This document shows, piece by piece, positions 25,583-35,679 of a stretch of DNA of 64,000 nt. The notes beneath the pieces were generated by a model. That model was not told the origin of the DNA, ran no database searches, and saw only the letters and a program-made list of their open reading frames with translations. Source of the DNA: a virus. Lineage: Duplodnaviria > Caudoviricetes. The stretch is from positions 1,939-65,938 of IMG/VR virus record IMGVR_UViG_3300018080_000020. The stretch is one strand, 5' to 3'. The position numbers and the translations under genes were made by a program. Each line of letters opens with the position of its first letter. The first letter of the stretch is position 1.

Positions 25583-26031
25583 TGGCAAGACGCTTCTATA
25601 AAAAAGGCCCACGTAAGCCAAAGAAAAAGATTACTTACAGGGGCCAAAAGTTTGCGTCAAAGGCAGAAGTAATCTTTGCTCAGCAGTGTGATAAGCTCAA
25701 GATACCATGGATGTATGAGCCTGAGAAATGGGATTGGGTTCCACCAATAAAGAAGTACACACCAGACTTTAAAATAATGAGAAAGGACGGTAGCTTCTTT
25801 TATGTTGAGTTCAAAGGTTACTTCAGATCTGAGGATAAAACCAAAATGATCGCTATTAAAAAACAGTATCCACACTTAGATGTTAGGTTTGTATTCGCAG
25901 ACGCAAGCAAGCCAGTTGAGGGTGCTAAGCCAAGAAAGGACGGTACTAAACTTTCAAACGCAGAGTGGTGTGAACGTTACGGCTACCTCTGGGCTGATAA
26001 GTTTATGCCGGATGAGTGGTTAAAATGTTAG
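25582..26031 (+). CDS. T7 endonuclease I-like Holliday junction resolvase
   Basis: YTPDF...YVEFKGYF...DKTKM...DVRFVF...WCERYG. Confidence 0.9.
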   Translation: MARRFYKKGPRKPKKKITYRGQKFASKAEVIFAQQCDKLKIPWMYEPEKWDWVPPIKKYTPDFKIMRKDGSFFYVEFKGYFRSEDKTKMIAIKKQYPHLDVRFVFADASKPVEGAKPRKDGTKLSNAEWCERYGYLWADKFMPDEWLKC

Positions 26032-26164
26032 CTTTTTTAAACTTCATTGCATCGGTTGTATGGTTACTAATACTTATCCTTATTGGCTCAGCAGTTTTAG
26101 GGTGGCTCAGCTACTGTGCTGGATTAGTGATTAAGGATGTTCTTGAGGATAAAGGAGATAGGTA

Positions 26165-26593
26165 ATGCTAAAGATAAAAAGACTCCATAAGGATGCTGTC
26201 ATACCAAAGTATCAAACAATGTGGGCCAGTGGTTTTGACCTGCATGCAATATATGATGAGAATATACCACCACTTTCTGGCTCCATTATTGCTACTGGTT
26301 TAGCCTTTGAGATTCCCCGGGGATATGAGGTACAGATAAGGCCCCGGTCTGGACTCTCAATTGAACACCCAAGCTATATTGCTAACACGCCCGGAACTAT
26401 TGATTCTGACTACCGTGGAGAGATTAAGATTATAGTATATAATCATTTACCATACGGCTGGTCAATTTCAAAGGGTGAACGTATAGCACAGGCTGTGCTT
26501 GCACGTGTCTATCAAACTGAATTCAAAGTTGTGGATGATTTGGTAGAGTCTGCCCGGGGAACCGGAGGATTCGGGAGCACAGGGAATGGATGA
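26165..26593 (+). CDS. dut: Trimeric dUTPase
   Basis: SGFDL; RPRSGL; GTIDSDYRGEI; RIAQ; RGTGGFGSTG. Confidence 0.96.
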   Translation: MLKIKRLHKDAVIPKYQTMWASGFDLHAIYDENIPPLSGSIIATGLAFEIPRGYEVQIRPRSGLSIEHPSYIANTPGTIDSDYRGEIKIIVYNHLPYGWSISKGERIAQAVLARVYQTEFKVVDDLVESARGTGGFGSTGNG

Positions 26594-26728
26594 AACACTA
26601 CTACTCTACACGCTACAGGATATTGCTGATCAGTTGCGTGTACACCTTATGGTGAAGCCGTTGGATGATATTGTCGAGAATGCAGTAAAAGATATTGAAG
26701 AATTAATTGATCAATTTGAGGAAGACTA

Positions 26729-27097
26729 ATGAATGGTAAACGTGCAAAGGCAATAGCTAAAAGGACAAGGGAGTTCCTGTTAGCATTAAATATTTCGTTA
26801 GGTGAAGGTTATAATGAGTATCATCAGGATGACAACTGTATGTCATGGGAACTTGCTAAGGGCAGGGATGGTAGGCTCTTAAAAGATCCTACAGGATACT
26901 ATCTTCGTAAGCCTGTAATGAACCCGGGAACTATAAGGACTAAATGGAAGTTTCGGTTATTCTATAGGTGGCTGAAGAGAATGTATAAGGCTAAGGATGA
27001 GGGTGCTTTAGTAATACTAAATGCTACCCCGGATGAACTAATAAGACTTGCAGGTATAATGGAGGAACAGCAAAATGTTAAACAACTCAGTAGCTAA
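26729..27097 (+). CDS. Hypothetical protein
   Basis: MNGKRAKAI N-terminus; GAGG RBS. Confidence 0.6.
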   Translation: MNGKRAKAIAKRTREFLLALNISLGEGYNEYHQDDNCMSWELAKGRDGRLLKDPTGYYLRKPVMNPGTIRTKWKFRLFYRWLKRMYKAKDEGALVILNATPDELIRLAGIMEEQQNVKQLSS

Positions 27098-27281
27098 AAT
27101 CGTTAAAGGCTTTATTAAGATCCAGAAAAAGTTAGAGGCACACTCTAAGAAACAAGAAGAAAGGATGATTGAGCTTCACACAAAGATTGTGACACTTGAA
27201 GATCAACACTTCACCTGTGCAAAAGAGGCATCACAGGCAAGAAAGATTGCAGTTAAAATCCAAAAATTCTTGGAGGACTGA
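27075..27281 (+). CDS. Small coiled-coil protein
   Basis: GGAGG RBS; heptad pattern. Confidence 0.6.
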   Translation: MLNNSVAKIVKGFIKIQKKLEAHSKKQEERMIELHTKIVTLEDQHFTCAKEASQARKIAVKIQKFLED

Positions 27282-27580
27282 TGGGAAACATCATTGTTTA
27301 TTGTAATGTTTCTGGTGTACGTAGACGCTGCACCCTGTGTATAGATAATACATACACCTGTTGGGTAAAGGTAATGATTGGTGCTAAGTCCTTTATAATT
27401 ATTAAACGCCACAAGTTAAAGCATAATGTGAGGTATGTATGAAAGATTCCAGAAGGGTAGATGAGGAAGCAGTCATCTGTGCATACTGCTTAAAGATTAT
27501 CCATAACGTTTTCTATGATGAGGTAGTTGTAAGGTGTCCTCATTGCAACCACGTTTCAGGTATTAAGGATAGTAATAGTC

Positions 27581-27952
27581 ATGATTAAACTAACTCAGAA
27601 GTGTTTATCAATACTTTTTTGTCTACTGTTCTTTTCTTGTGCTATGCCAATGAAGGAATGGGATAAGACAGATCAGGCACTAATGACCAGTTATACTGTA
27701 ATAAATATTATTGATATTGGTCAGACCAGAGAGATTCTTGATAACTCAAGATACCATGAGCTTAATCCGGTTATGAAAGATATGAGTCCTGATACTGCAA
27801 CCCTATTCATGGCTGGAACTAATGTTGTACTATACTACAGTGCTGATTGGATTGGTGATGAGTATAGAACACCATTACTTACTGTAGCAAACTGTATCAA
27901 GATTGGGTGTGTTGGTAAAAATATTTCTATTGGACTTGGCTTCGGCTGGTAA
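27581..27952 (+). CDS. Putative lipoprotein/membrane protein
   Basis: LFFSC lipobox-like; D..QT...ELNP motif. Confidence 0.6.
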   Translation: MIKLTQKCLSILFCLLFFSCAMPMKEWDKTDQALMTSYTVINIIDIGQTREILDNSRYHELNPVMKDMSPDTATLFMAGTNVVLYYSADWIGDEYRTPLLTVANCIKIGCVGKNISIGLGFGW

Positions 27953-27964
27953 GGGGGGGTACTT

Positions 27965-28198
27965 ATGTATGAAATAAAAATGAGAGAGAATGAGTTTGAT
28001 GAGTATAGAACAGTGCTTGAAATATACTATAACGGTAAGCTTTTAAATGAGTATTATGACGGTGGTGAACCGGAAGACAACTTATTCTGCCGTGACTGGA
28101 ATTGGATTTCAACTGAACTTAAACGTGCCTATAGGTTAGGCCGTGAGGATGGTGCAAATAAAACTGACACGTTAGTAATACTACCAAAGGATGCTTAA
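27965..28198 (+). CDS. Hypothetical protein
   Basis: DGGEPEDNLFCRDWNWI...AY.LG. Confidence 0.6.
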   Translation: MYEIKMRENEFDEYRTVLEIYYNGKLLNEYYDGGEPEDNLFCRDWNWISTELKRAYRLGREDGANKTDTLVILPKDA

Positions 28199-30078
28199 TG
28201 TTTAATACGCCATACCAAGAATTTATATACAAGAAGTCATATGCCCGGTGGATGCATGATGAGTGTAGACGTGAACAATGGATTGAAACTGTTGTAAGAT
28301 ATTCTTGTTTCATGAAGCAGTTTGTTCCTGATAAGCATAGAGGTAGCTTTGAAACTGCTATTGATGCAGTACGTAGACTTGATGTTATGCCAAGCATGAG
28401 GGCACTCTGGACTGCTGGCCCTGCCTTGGCTCGGGATAATATCTGTGGGTATAATTGTGCATACCTTATTATTGATCATCCAAAAGCGTTCGCTGAGTTA
28501 ATGTATATTCTACTGAACGGTACAGGTGTAGGATTCTCAGTTGAACGTCAGTACACAAATAAACTACACCCAGTACCAGAAGTACTTAAGCTCTCACCTA
28601 ACGTTATTCAGTTTGCTGATAGCAAGAGGGGATGGGCTGAAGGTTACTATAAGTTTTTGCTTGAACTTTGGAGGGGCCGGATCTGTGGCTATGACCTATC
28701 TAAGGTTAGACCATACGGATCTATACTTAAAACTTTTGGTGGTAGAGCCTCAGGGCCTGAGCCACTGGAAAGACTCTTGGAGGTAACACGTGCAATTTTT
28801 GAGAATGCTAAAGGACGCAACCTCAGTAGTTTGGAGTGCCATGACATTTGTTGTCATGTTGCCAGTGTGGTTGTTAGCGGTGGTGTCCGTAGGTCTGCTT
28901 GTATTAGCCTGTCTAACCTATCTGATGATAGATTGGCTAAGTGTAAAAGTGGAGACTTTTTTAGAGTAGATCCACAAAGATCCTATGCTAACAACTCTGT
29001 AGCGTATACTGAAAAGCCTGATCAGAGAAAGCTTATTTCAGAGTGGATGAAACTTATTGAATCACACTCCGGTGAGCGTGGGATATTTAACCGTGTAGCA
29101 GCAGACATAAAGGCACAATCAACAAGACGTGAAACTGGCTATGACTGGGGCTGTAATCCTTGTGGTGAAATTATCCTCAGGCCTTTCCAGTTCTGCAATC
29201 TCACTGAGGTTGTTGTAAGGGCTGAGGATACACAACCAACGCTCATTAAAAAGGTTGAGGCTGCAACTATACTTGGGTGTGTACAGAGTACGCTAACTGA
29301 CTTTAAGTTTATCAGGCAACAGTGGAAGGACAATTGTGAAGAAGAGAGACTCCTTGGCGTGTCTCTTACTGGCCTAATGGATAATACTTATTTTAACCAT
29401 ACGTCTAACTATGTAAAAAGTTATCTTAAAGAGTTAAAAGAAGTAGCAATAAATACTGCAAAGCGTTGGGCTAAGATTCTTAATATAAACGTACCAACAG
29501 CAATAACTACTGTTAAGCCTTCCGGCACAGTTAGTCAGCTTGTTGGGTGCTCTTCAGGACTACACACAAGGCACGCCAGTTATTATATAAGGCGTGTTCA
29601 AATGACGGATAGTGATCCTCTCTGCAAACTATTAATAAATCAAGGCATGGCTGCTACACCTGTCTTTGGTAGTGCTAACACGGTAGTGTTTGAATTTCCA
29701 ATCAAGTCACCTGATTATTCTGTTGTTTCAAAAGACGTGTCTGCTATTGAGCAGTTAGAGTATTGGCTAATGTTAAAAAATTATTGGTGTGAACACAATC
29801 CAAGCTGTACCATCACGGTTAAACCGGATGAGTGGATAGGTGTTCTTAACTGGATAGATAAGAACTGGGATAGTATCTGTGGATTATCGTTCTTTCCTGC
29901 TTCTGACTCTGTCTATGAACAAGCACCCTATGAGGAAATAGATGAAGATACTTATAACAGCATGGTCGATAGTATGCCTACTGTTGATTTCAGTAAACTT
30001 GATCATTATGAGTCCAAGGATTATACCCAAGGCTCACAAGAATACTCATGTACAGGTAACGCCTGTGAGTTACTATAA
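28198..30078 (+). CDS. nrdJ: Class II (B12-dependent) ribonucleotide reductase
   Basis: PSMRAL; YNCA; GTGVGFS; GGVRRSA; NPCGEI; CNL; KPSGTVS; C-terminal CTGNACE; no nrdB in the window. Confidence 0.93.
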   Translation: MFNTPYQEFIYKKSYARWMHDECRREQWIETVVRYSCFMKQFVPDKHRGSFETAIDAVRRLDVMPSMRALWTAGPALARDNICGYNCAYLIIDHPKAFAELMYILLNGTGVGFSVERQYTNKLHPVPEVLKLSPNVIQFADSKRGWAEGYYKFLLELWRGRICGYDLSKVRPYGSILKTFGGRASGPEPLERLLEVTRAIFENAKGRNLSSLECHDICCHVASVVVSGGVRRSACISLSNLSDDRLAKCKSGDFFRVDPQRSYANNSVAYTEKPDQRKLISEWMKLIESHSGERGIFNRVAADIKAQSTRRETGYDWGCNPCGEIILRPFQFCNLTEVVVRAEDTQPTLIKKVEAATILGCVQSTLTDFKFIRQQWKDNCEEERLLGVSLTGLMDNTYFNHTSNYVKSYLKELKEVAINTAKRWAKILNINVPTAITTVKPSGTVSQLVGCSSGLHTRHASYYIRRVQMTDSDPLCKLLINQGMAATPVFGSANTVVFEFPIKSPDYSVVSKDVSAIEQLEYWLMLKNYWCEHNPSCTITVKPDEWIGVLNWIDKNWDSICGLSFFPASDSVYEQAPYEEIDEDTYNSMVDSMPTVDFSKLDHYESKDYTQGSQEYSCTGNACELL

Positions 30079-30094
30079 AATAGAGGAGGAGATA

Positions 30095-30568
30095 ATGCCA
30101 ATGAACCCCGGGCAACTTCGTAAACTGATAACTGATGTACTTATTACAATGGACATGTACAGCAAGAATGCTGTTGAGCTACTTATGCTAACAGCAGCAC
30201 AGGAGAGCCATTGTGGTGAGTATATAGAGCAGCTTAACGGCCCTGCTTTAGGCATCTTTCAGATGGAGCCAAATACATATGAGGATACTTTTAGCAATTA
30301 CTTAATGTATAAACCAAGGCTCCTTAACAAGGTTAAAGATCTGTTTGTGTTACATGACTATGTTGACATTCCTGACCTTAACCTTCGTGGTAACCTTATC
30401 TTACAGATAGCTATGGCTCGTATTTATTATATGAGGTTCAGTGAGCAACTACCTGACCATAACAACGTAGAAGCCATGGCTCAGTACTGGAAGAAATACT
30501 GGAATACTCCTAAGGGTAAGGGTCATGTAACTGAGGCAAAAAACAACTATATGAGGTATGCGGTATAA
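30095..30568 (+). CDS. Putative endolysin (lysozyme/transglycosylase-like)
   Basis: TAAQES...GPALGIFQMEP...AQYWKKYWNT; GGAGG RBS before ATG at 30095. Confidence 0.7.
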   Translation: MPMNPGQLRKLITDVLITMDMYSKNAVELLMLTAAQESHCGEYIEQLNGPALGIFQMEPNTYEDTFSNYLMYKPRLLNKVKDLFVLHDYVDIPDLNLRGNLILQIAMARIYYMRFSEQLPDHNNVEAMAQYWKKYWNTPKGKGHVTEAKNNYMRYAV

Positions 30569-30588
30569 AATAATTAAGGAGATATAGC

Positions 30589-31206
30589 ATGGAAGACAAA
30601 GACAAAGGTTTTACTGTAGGCAAGATCACATTCGGTGGAAAGGGCAGTCTAAGTGACTTTCCAAATTCTTTTAGCAAGGTACAGGCAACCAGTGAAACAC
30701 CACGTGAGTTTAACACTGGCTCGGTACGTGACTCACGGGAAGGCAAGGGTAGGTTTGATCTGGTAAGCCCCATAGCAATGCAAAGGATTGCAAAGCACTA
30801 TGAGAATGGTGCAAAGAAGTATAAGGACAGGAACTGGGAAAAGGGCCAACCAGTCATGAGTTACCTTGACTCTGCAGAGAGACATATTAACAAGCTTAAG
30901 GAAGTGAAACTTAAGGGCTTACCGTTAGATGAGGATCATATTGCAGCGTCATGCTGGAACCTTATGGCAATCATGCATATGGAAGAAATGGTACGTTGTG
31001 GTTTGCTTCCAACTGATTTGATTGACTACCCGGGGCCAATGCCTAAGATAGAGGGTAGACCATACAATGATCCAAGGAACGTTAGGTTTGGTGTAGACGG
31101 ATTGGATATTAAAACTGACACTATAAGTAGCCACCAGTTGTGTAGCCGTAGTAGTTATTGTGAGAATACTAAGTGTGAAAGACACCCTGACAGTGTGAAT
31201 GAATAA
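30589..31206 (+). CDS. DUF5664-like dATP/dGTP diphosphohydrolase
   Basis: GKGRFDL...GAKKY..RNWEKG...DSAERH...DHIAASCWN. Confidence 0.85.
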   Translation: MEDKDKGFTVGKITFGGKGSLSDFPNSFSKVQATSETPREFNTGSVRDSREGKGRFDLVSPIAMQRIAKHYENGAKKYKDRNWEKGQPVMSYLDSAERHINKLKEVKLKGLPLDEDHIAASCWNLMAIMHMEEMVRCGLLPTDLIDYPGPMPKIEGRPYNDPRNVRFGVDGLDIKTDTISSHQLCSRSSYCENTKCERHPDSVNE

Positions 31207-31364
31207 GGAGACATAATGGAAAAGTGTAAATCTTGTGTACACTATGACAAAGAAAAGAGTAATAAGAATTGGGTAGTATGTAAAGGGATTATGCCAGTAG
31301 ATGTTATACTAAGTGGAACATCTGAAAATTGCAAGAACTATAAAAAGAAGGATAAGGAGTCGTA

Positions 31365-31592
31365 ATGCAACCAGATAAACCATTGTTCGGTGGGCCTATT
31401 ATGCAAGCGTGTAAGGGCTGTTCTAAAATTGTTGATCACTTTGGTATTGAGTGGTGCTCAGTATACCCTTATCCAGACAGAATTTGGGCACGTGGTGAAT
31501 GCTTTTTCAACCGTACAAAAAAAGAAGGCCCAAAACGTAAGGTACGTGTCGGGCAATTGAAAACTAAAAGGAATAGAGGTAAGCTGAGATGA
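31365..31592 (+). CDS. PxxKW-like small cysteine-rich protein
   Basis: CKGC...WCSVYPYPDRIWARGECFF plus basic tail. Confidence 0.6.
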   Translation: MQPDKPLFGGPIMQACKGCSKIVDHFGIEWCSVYPYPDRIWARGECFFNRTKKEGPKRKVRVGQLKTKRNRGKLR

Positions 31593-31736
31593 AGTTAAAG
31601 ACTAATAAATGATGTTATTGTCCAGTGCACAAAGTATGAGAGGAAGGGCCAAATGTCTCTCTCTGATATGAGAGATATTGCTACTATTATTAACCCTAAC
31701 AAGAACAAGATAGGATTATTATAAAGGAGGCGTAAT

Positions 31737-31940
31737 ATGAAAAAGGTAACAACAATTAAGGGATGGGCTATTAAGTCTAAGAATGATCAAGAGTACCTTG
31801 ATGATGATAGTATGCTTCCATTTAGCGGAAGTATTAAAATATTCAAGCTCAAAAGGGATGCTGTTGCTGATATTAAAAATGCTGGCACTGTAGAGGATGA
31901 AATACCTGTTAAGGTTGAGCTTGAGCTTCGTGAGGTATAA
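31737..31940 (+). CDS. Hypothetical protein
   Basis: AAGGAGG RBS. Confidence 0.6.
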   Translation: MKKVTTIKGWAIKSKNDQEYLDDDSMLPFSGSIKIFKLKRDAVADIKNAGTVEDEIPVKVELELREV

Positions 31941-32094
31941 TGACTGTCAGGTATTTTAAACACAGGGCAGGACGTTTCCAGTGGACTATAAAGGAATGGG
32001 AATGCTGTGGTCACATTTGGCAACTAATGTTAAGTAAAAATTATCCTGAACGGTATCACTGGAAACCTGTCTGTCCAACATGTGGGAGGTCTAA

Positions 32095-32349
32095 ATGATA
32101 AGGCTTAATGATAAGTGGGGAATTAAGTTTAATGAGTTATCTGTTGATGTCCTTGAGATCCGGGTAAACCAAAAGACCGGAAAAGAGTATACTACGCCCA
32201 GATTCTACTTTCCTAACCTTGAGACTGCACTGTGTGGTATCACTGATCGTAGCTTGGTTGACTGTGAGTCATGGAAGTGTGTAGTAGACCAGATAAAAGA
32301 ACTTAAGGCTGAGATTAAGGAAATGGTTAGCCAAATTAATGCTACGTAG
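32095..32349 (+). CDS. Hypothetical protein
   Basis: GGAGGT RBS. Confidence 0.6.
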   Translation: MIRLNDKWGIKFNELSVDVLEIRVNQKTGKEYTTPRFYFPNLETALCGITDRSLVDCESWKCVVDQIKELKAEIKEMVSQINAT

Positions 32350-32396
32350 GCTGTGTGAGAGCCTCACCAGTGGACTATTTTTAAAGGGGGAATATA

Positions 32397-33038
32397 ATGA
32401 TATTAATCAGGCCAAGTTTTTCAATCATGAAAATAACCTCAGATCCACTTAGGCTAATAGAGGTTGCTGGACGTACCTGTTATAAGTCTGAGGATAGGAT
32501 CACGGCAGAGTCTTCAGAGAGATTTGTTAATATGGTAACCAAGCGTGGTCATCACTCTGTTATTGAGCACGCTATAGCTACAGTTAAGATTGTGTGTGAC
32601 CGTGGTGTAACACATGAGCTTGTTCGTCACAGACTCTGTAGCTTCAGTCAGGAGTCTACCCGGTACTGCAACTATGCTGGTGGTGTTACATTTGTTATTC
32701 CACCGTGGGTTAAAATTGACCCGGGAACGTATGAGAATAAAGAATACCCAAGGTCAAAACAAATATCAGTATCAGACCTATGCTGGTTTGTATATATGAT
32801 GGATGCTGAGCATGAGTATAAACAGTTATTACACTTAGGCTGGTCACCAGAGAAGGCCCGGTCAGTGCTGCCTAATTCAACCAAGACTGAGATAGTCGTG
32901 ACTGCAAATGTGCGTGAGTGGAGACACATCTTTAAGCTCAGGTGCTCTAAGGCTGCTCATCCACAAATGAGAGAGATAATGAAGCCTATGTTAGCAGAGT
33001 TCAAAAGACGGGTTCCGGTTATCTTTGATGATTTATAA
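32397..33038 (+). CDS. thyX: FAD-dependent thymidylate synthase
   Basis: GHHSVIEH; RHRLCSFSQESTRY; ARSVLP; LRCSKAAHPQMR. Confidence 0.96.
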   Translation: MILIRPSFSIMKITSDPLRLIEVAGRTCYKSEDRITAESSERFVNMVTKRGHHSVIEHAIATVKIVCDRGVTHELVRHRLCSFSQESTRYCNYAGGVTFVIPPWVKIDPGTYENKEYPRSKQISVSDLCWFVYMMDAEHEYKQLLHLGWSPEKARSVLPNSTKTEIVVTANVREWRHIFKLRCSKAAHPQMREIMKPMLAEFKRRVPVIFDDL

Positions 33039-33047
33039 GGAGGGCTA

Positions 33048-33401
33048 ATGAGTGAACAGGATGAAGTATTTAATAATGCAATACTGAAGGCTGAACTTAT
33101 CGGTAAGCCTTGTGGTATTAGACACTTTTTGAATGAAGGCATGATGGCAGTTACATATATAAACCAGAAGTTCCGTGGCTTCAGGGCTGTTATACCTATC
33201 TGTCAGATCTGTGTAAACAGGTTAGAACATGATGACTGGGTATTATTATACTGTGTACGCTGTAACCAGTCAATATGGATCTATAAGCCGGAGTCAATTA
33301 GTCCAACCAACTATAAAAAAGGTGAGCACATTAAGTGGCTGGACTACTGCAAGTTTTGTTACGGACTAACAGAAGAACAGCTAATTAAAGGAGAGAGATA
33401 G
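33048..33401 (+). CDS. Cys-rich hypothetical protein
   Basis: Three CxxC pairs; GGAGG RBS. Confidence 0.6.
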   Translation: MSEQDEVFNNAILKAELIGKPCGIRHFLNEGMMAVTYINQKFRGFRAVIPICQICVNRLEHDDWVLLYCVRCNQSIWIYKPESISPTNYKKGEHIKWLDYCKFCYGLTEEQLIKGER

Positions 33402-33610
33402 ATAGATGAGTAGTATAGAAATGAAAGTATCAAACCCGGAAGATGTACAGGTTACACTAACAATAACTTGGAAGCTGTCAACCTTTAAACAACTAAGCAA
33501 GTCATTATATAAAACAGATGACTTCATGCTCTGGCCTGTAAATGAACTCAGGACTGCTATCAGGGATTTGACCAACCAAGTTGAGGCTACTAACTTGGCT
33601 GATCTAAATC

Positions 33611-34732
33611 CTAAATAGTTTCCTGATCAAAGCACTTGTCCAATCTATTGACAGCATCCTGACCTTGATTAGGCATCAGGTGAATATACCTCATGGTGGT
33701 TTCAATTTTCTTGTGCCCCATGAGGTTTCTTATTGTTACGATGTTCTCACCTTCAATTGCCAGCCAGCTTGCAAAGGTGTGTCTCAGGGTATAAAAGATA
33801 ACACGCTGCAATCTATTCTCTGCATCCTTGTTTAGGCCAAGCTCATCAACCAGTCTGTTAAAGAGCCTCATATTATACCTTTCAGTGAACAGGAGCTTAT
33901 GTTTTAACATAGGTATCACATTACTACCCACAGCCATATTTAAACGCTCCATAAGGATCTCACGTAGCGTAGGGCACATTGCAACAGACCTTGACCGGGC
34001 CTCACTGGGGTCTTTAGTTTTCTCTACCGTGATAACGTTGTTCCTGAAGTCAATGTTTCTGCCATATAATCTCATGACCTCACCACGCCTTAGGCCAGTG
34101 TATAGGCTAATAGCAGCCTGACAGTGCAGGTCACTATCAACCTCTTTAAACTTAGCAAGCATGGCCTTGGCTTCAGCATGTGTCAGGAATCTGGTTCTCT
34201 TATTGTTAACCTTTTTCTTTTCAACATTAGAAACCGGATTCTGACCTTCAAACAATCCCCATTTAATCATCTTGTTAAAGATGGCTCCAAGCAAGTGTAG
34301 GTTCATGTTGATTGAACCGTCAGAGAGTGGCTCACCGTTTACCCTTTTCCACTTGGCCTTAGCCTGTTCAATCTTAAGGGTTGTAACGTCTGATAGCTTC
34401 AGGCCACCAAAGTAAGGCAACAGGTGATGTGTGTACCTGCTCTCATCCACATTAATGGTGCTCTTTCCTTCTGACTTTAACCAAGCATGGTACGTTTTCC
34501 ATGCATCATTTAGCTTAATATCTTTCTTTTTCTTTGGAAGGATCTTGCCAAACTTAGCATCCCTCATACGCTCATGCCGGATCTGTACGGCATCCTTGAT
34601 CTTTACCGGGCCAAGGGTTTCCCATACCTGTTCCCCGGATACATAGTAACATATTCTGATAGACTCTTGACCACGCTTTGTCTTATACCCATATATCCCG
34701 GGGTTCTTTCCAACCTTATAAACCTTAGACAT
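33611..34732 (-). CDS. int: Tyrosine integrase
   Basis: TGLRRGE; KTK; YTLRHTFAS; MGH...TMRY; AGGAGG RBS before ATG at 34732. Confidence 0.93.
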   Translation of the reverse strand: MSKVYKVGKNPGIYGYKTKRGQESIRICYYVSGEQVWETLGPVKIKDAVQIRHERMRDAKFGKILPKKKKDIKLNDAWKTYHAWLKSEGKSTINVDESRYTHHLLPYFGGLKLSDVTTLKIEQAKAKWKRVNGEPLSDGSINMNLHLLGAIFNKMIKWGLFEGQNPVSNVEKKKVNNKRTRFLTHAEAKAMLAKFKEVDSDLHCQAAISLYTGLRRGEVMRLYGRNIDFRNNVITVEKTKDPSEARSRSVAMCPTLREILMERLNMAVGSNVIPMLKHKLLFTERYNMRLFNRLVDELGLNKDAENRLQRVIFYTLRHTFASWLAIEGENIVTIRNLMGHKKIETTMRYIHLMPNQGQDAVNRLDKCFDQETI

Positions 34733-34777
34733 AAAAAAATCCTCCTGCATTAGTGAGTTAATTGCCCTATTAATCAT

Positions 34778-34805
34778 AATATAGCAACTATATCAGTAGT
34801 GTCAA
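34778..34805 (-). promoter_or_regulatory. Integrase promoter with downstream operator half-match
   Basis: TTGACA-N16-TATATT; TAACTCACTAATG just before the RBS. Confidence 0.75.
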
Positions 34806-35037
34806 GAGGATTTTTGTTAATTTATTATTAATATTTTTTTCCTCATAAGCCATTATAATGATTATTGATTCATATGTGATACCTTTCTAAGTTCTTTTAA
34901 AGATTAAAATATTAAAACATATCGGCTCATTAGTGAGTTAGCATCTTGTAGTTCCTTTACAAGACTTATTTTATAGTTTTCTTTTATAAACAATAGTTTA
35001 AACTTTTTCATTAGTGTGATATTAACTTATTATTAAT

Positions 35038-35274
35038 TTATCCTATAGATGCCTTTATAATAACACCGATCACGATCATAAGGACGGATATTGTACCACT
35101 AATGAAGGTTTTGTATAGAAAGCCCATGCCTTTTTCCAGCTTATCGATCTTTATCTTTCTTTCAGAGCACCTGTTAAACCCATCATCACTGGCAGCATGA
35201 ACAAGTATTTTACACATTGAATCAATCTTACCTTCCATTCTAATTATACGTTCCCCCATTTCTTGATGATTCAT
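35038..35274 (-). CDS. Small protein with C-terminal transmembrane helix (holin-like)
   Basis: Coiled N-terminus plus FISGTISVLMIVIGVII. Confidence 0.55.
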   Translation of the reverse strand: MNHQEMGERIIRMEGKIDSMCKILVHAASDDGFNRCSERKIKIDKLEKGMGFLYKTFISGTISVLMIVIGVIIKASIG

Positions 35275-35276
35275 GG

Positions 35277-35678
35277 TTAGCCCTCCCTCTTCATTGTCTT
35301 GCCACTCTGGAAGGCATCATTTCCACCCATATAAACGGCTTGAAAGTATGACATTACCCTTCTTAGTCGTAGAACGTCCAGCATACCAGAATCTGCGGTA
35401 ACTAATAGGGTCATGTTAACAAGGAACACAAGATCGGCTACCCTTTTATCTTTAAGCGTCTTACCCTCACTGTACATCCAGTCATGGATCTGACATGCCA
35501 GATAGACAGACTCGCCATACATTGTGTCTGGCACAAACCAGTCACCAATATTACCCGGGCCACAGCCACCAGTTCTTTCTTCGATCAGGTCTTCGTTTGC
35601 ATTTGCAAAGCTCATCGGTGCAACAAGAGTAAAACCCTCTCTTTCGATTAATGTTAGTCTCCACATTCCTGCTTCCAT
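35277..35678 (-). CDS. Conserved phage protein with GCGP / ACQIHDWMY motif (DUF1353/PLA2-like)
   Basis: C..HD..Y...AD..F..N pattern. Confidence 0.65.
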   Translation of the reverse strand: MEAGMWRLTLIEREGFTLVAPMSFANANEDLIEERTGGCGPGNIGDWFVPDTMYGESVYLACQIHDWMYSEGKTLKDKRVADLVFLVNMTLLVTADSGMLDVLRLRRVMSYFQAVYMGGNDAFQSGKTMKREG

Positions 35679-35679
35679 G

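Noticed and set aside
20736-30078. Inteins or introns in the DNA polymerase or RNR
   Set aside because: Both have normal length with contiguous motifs
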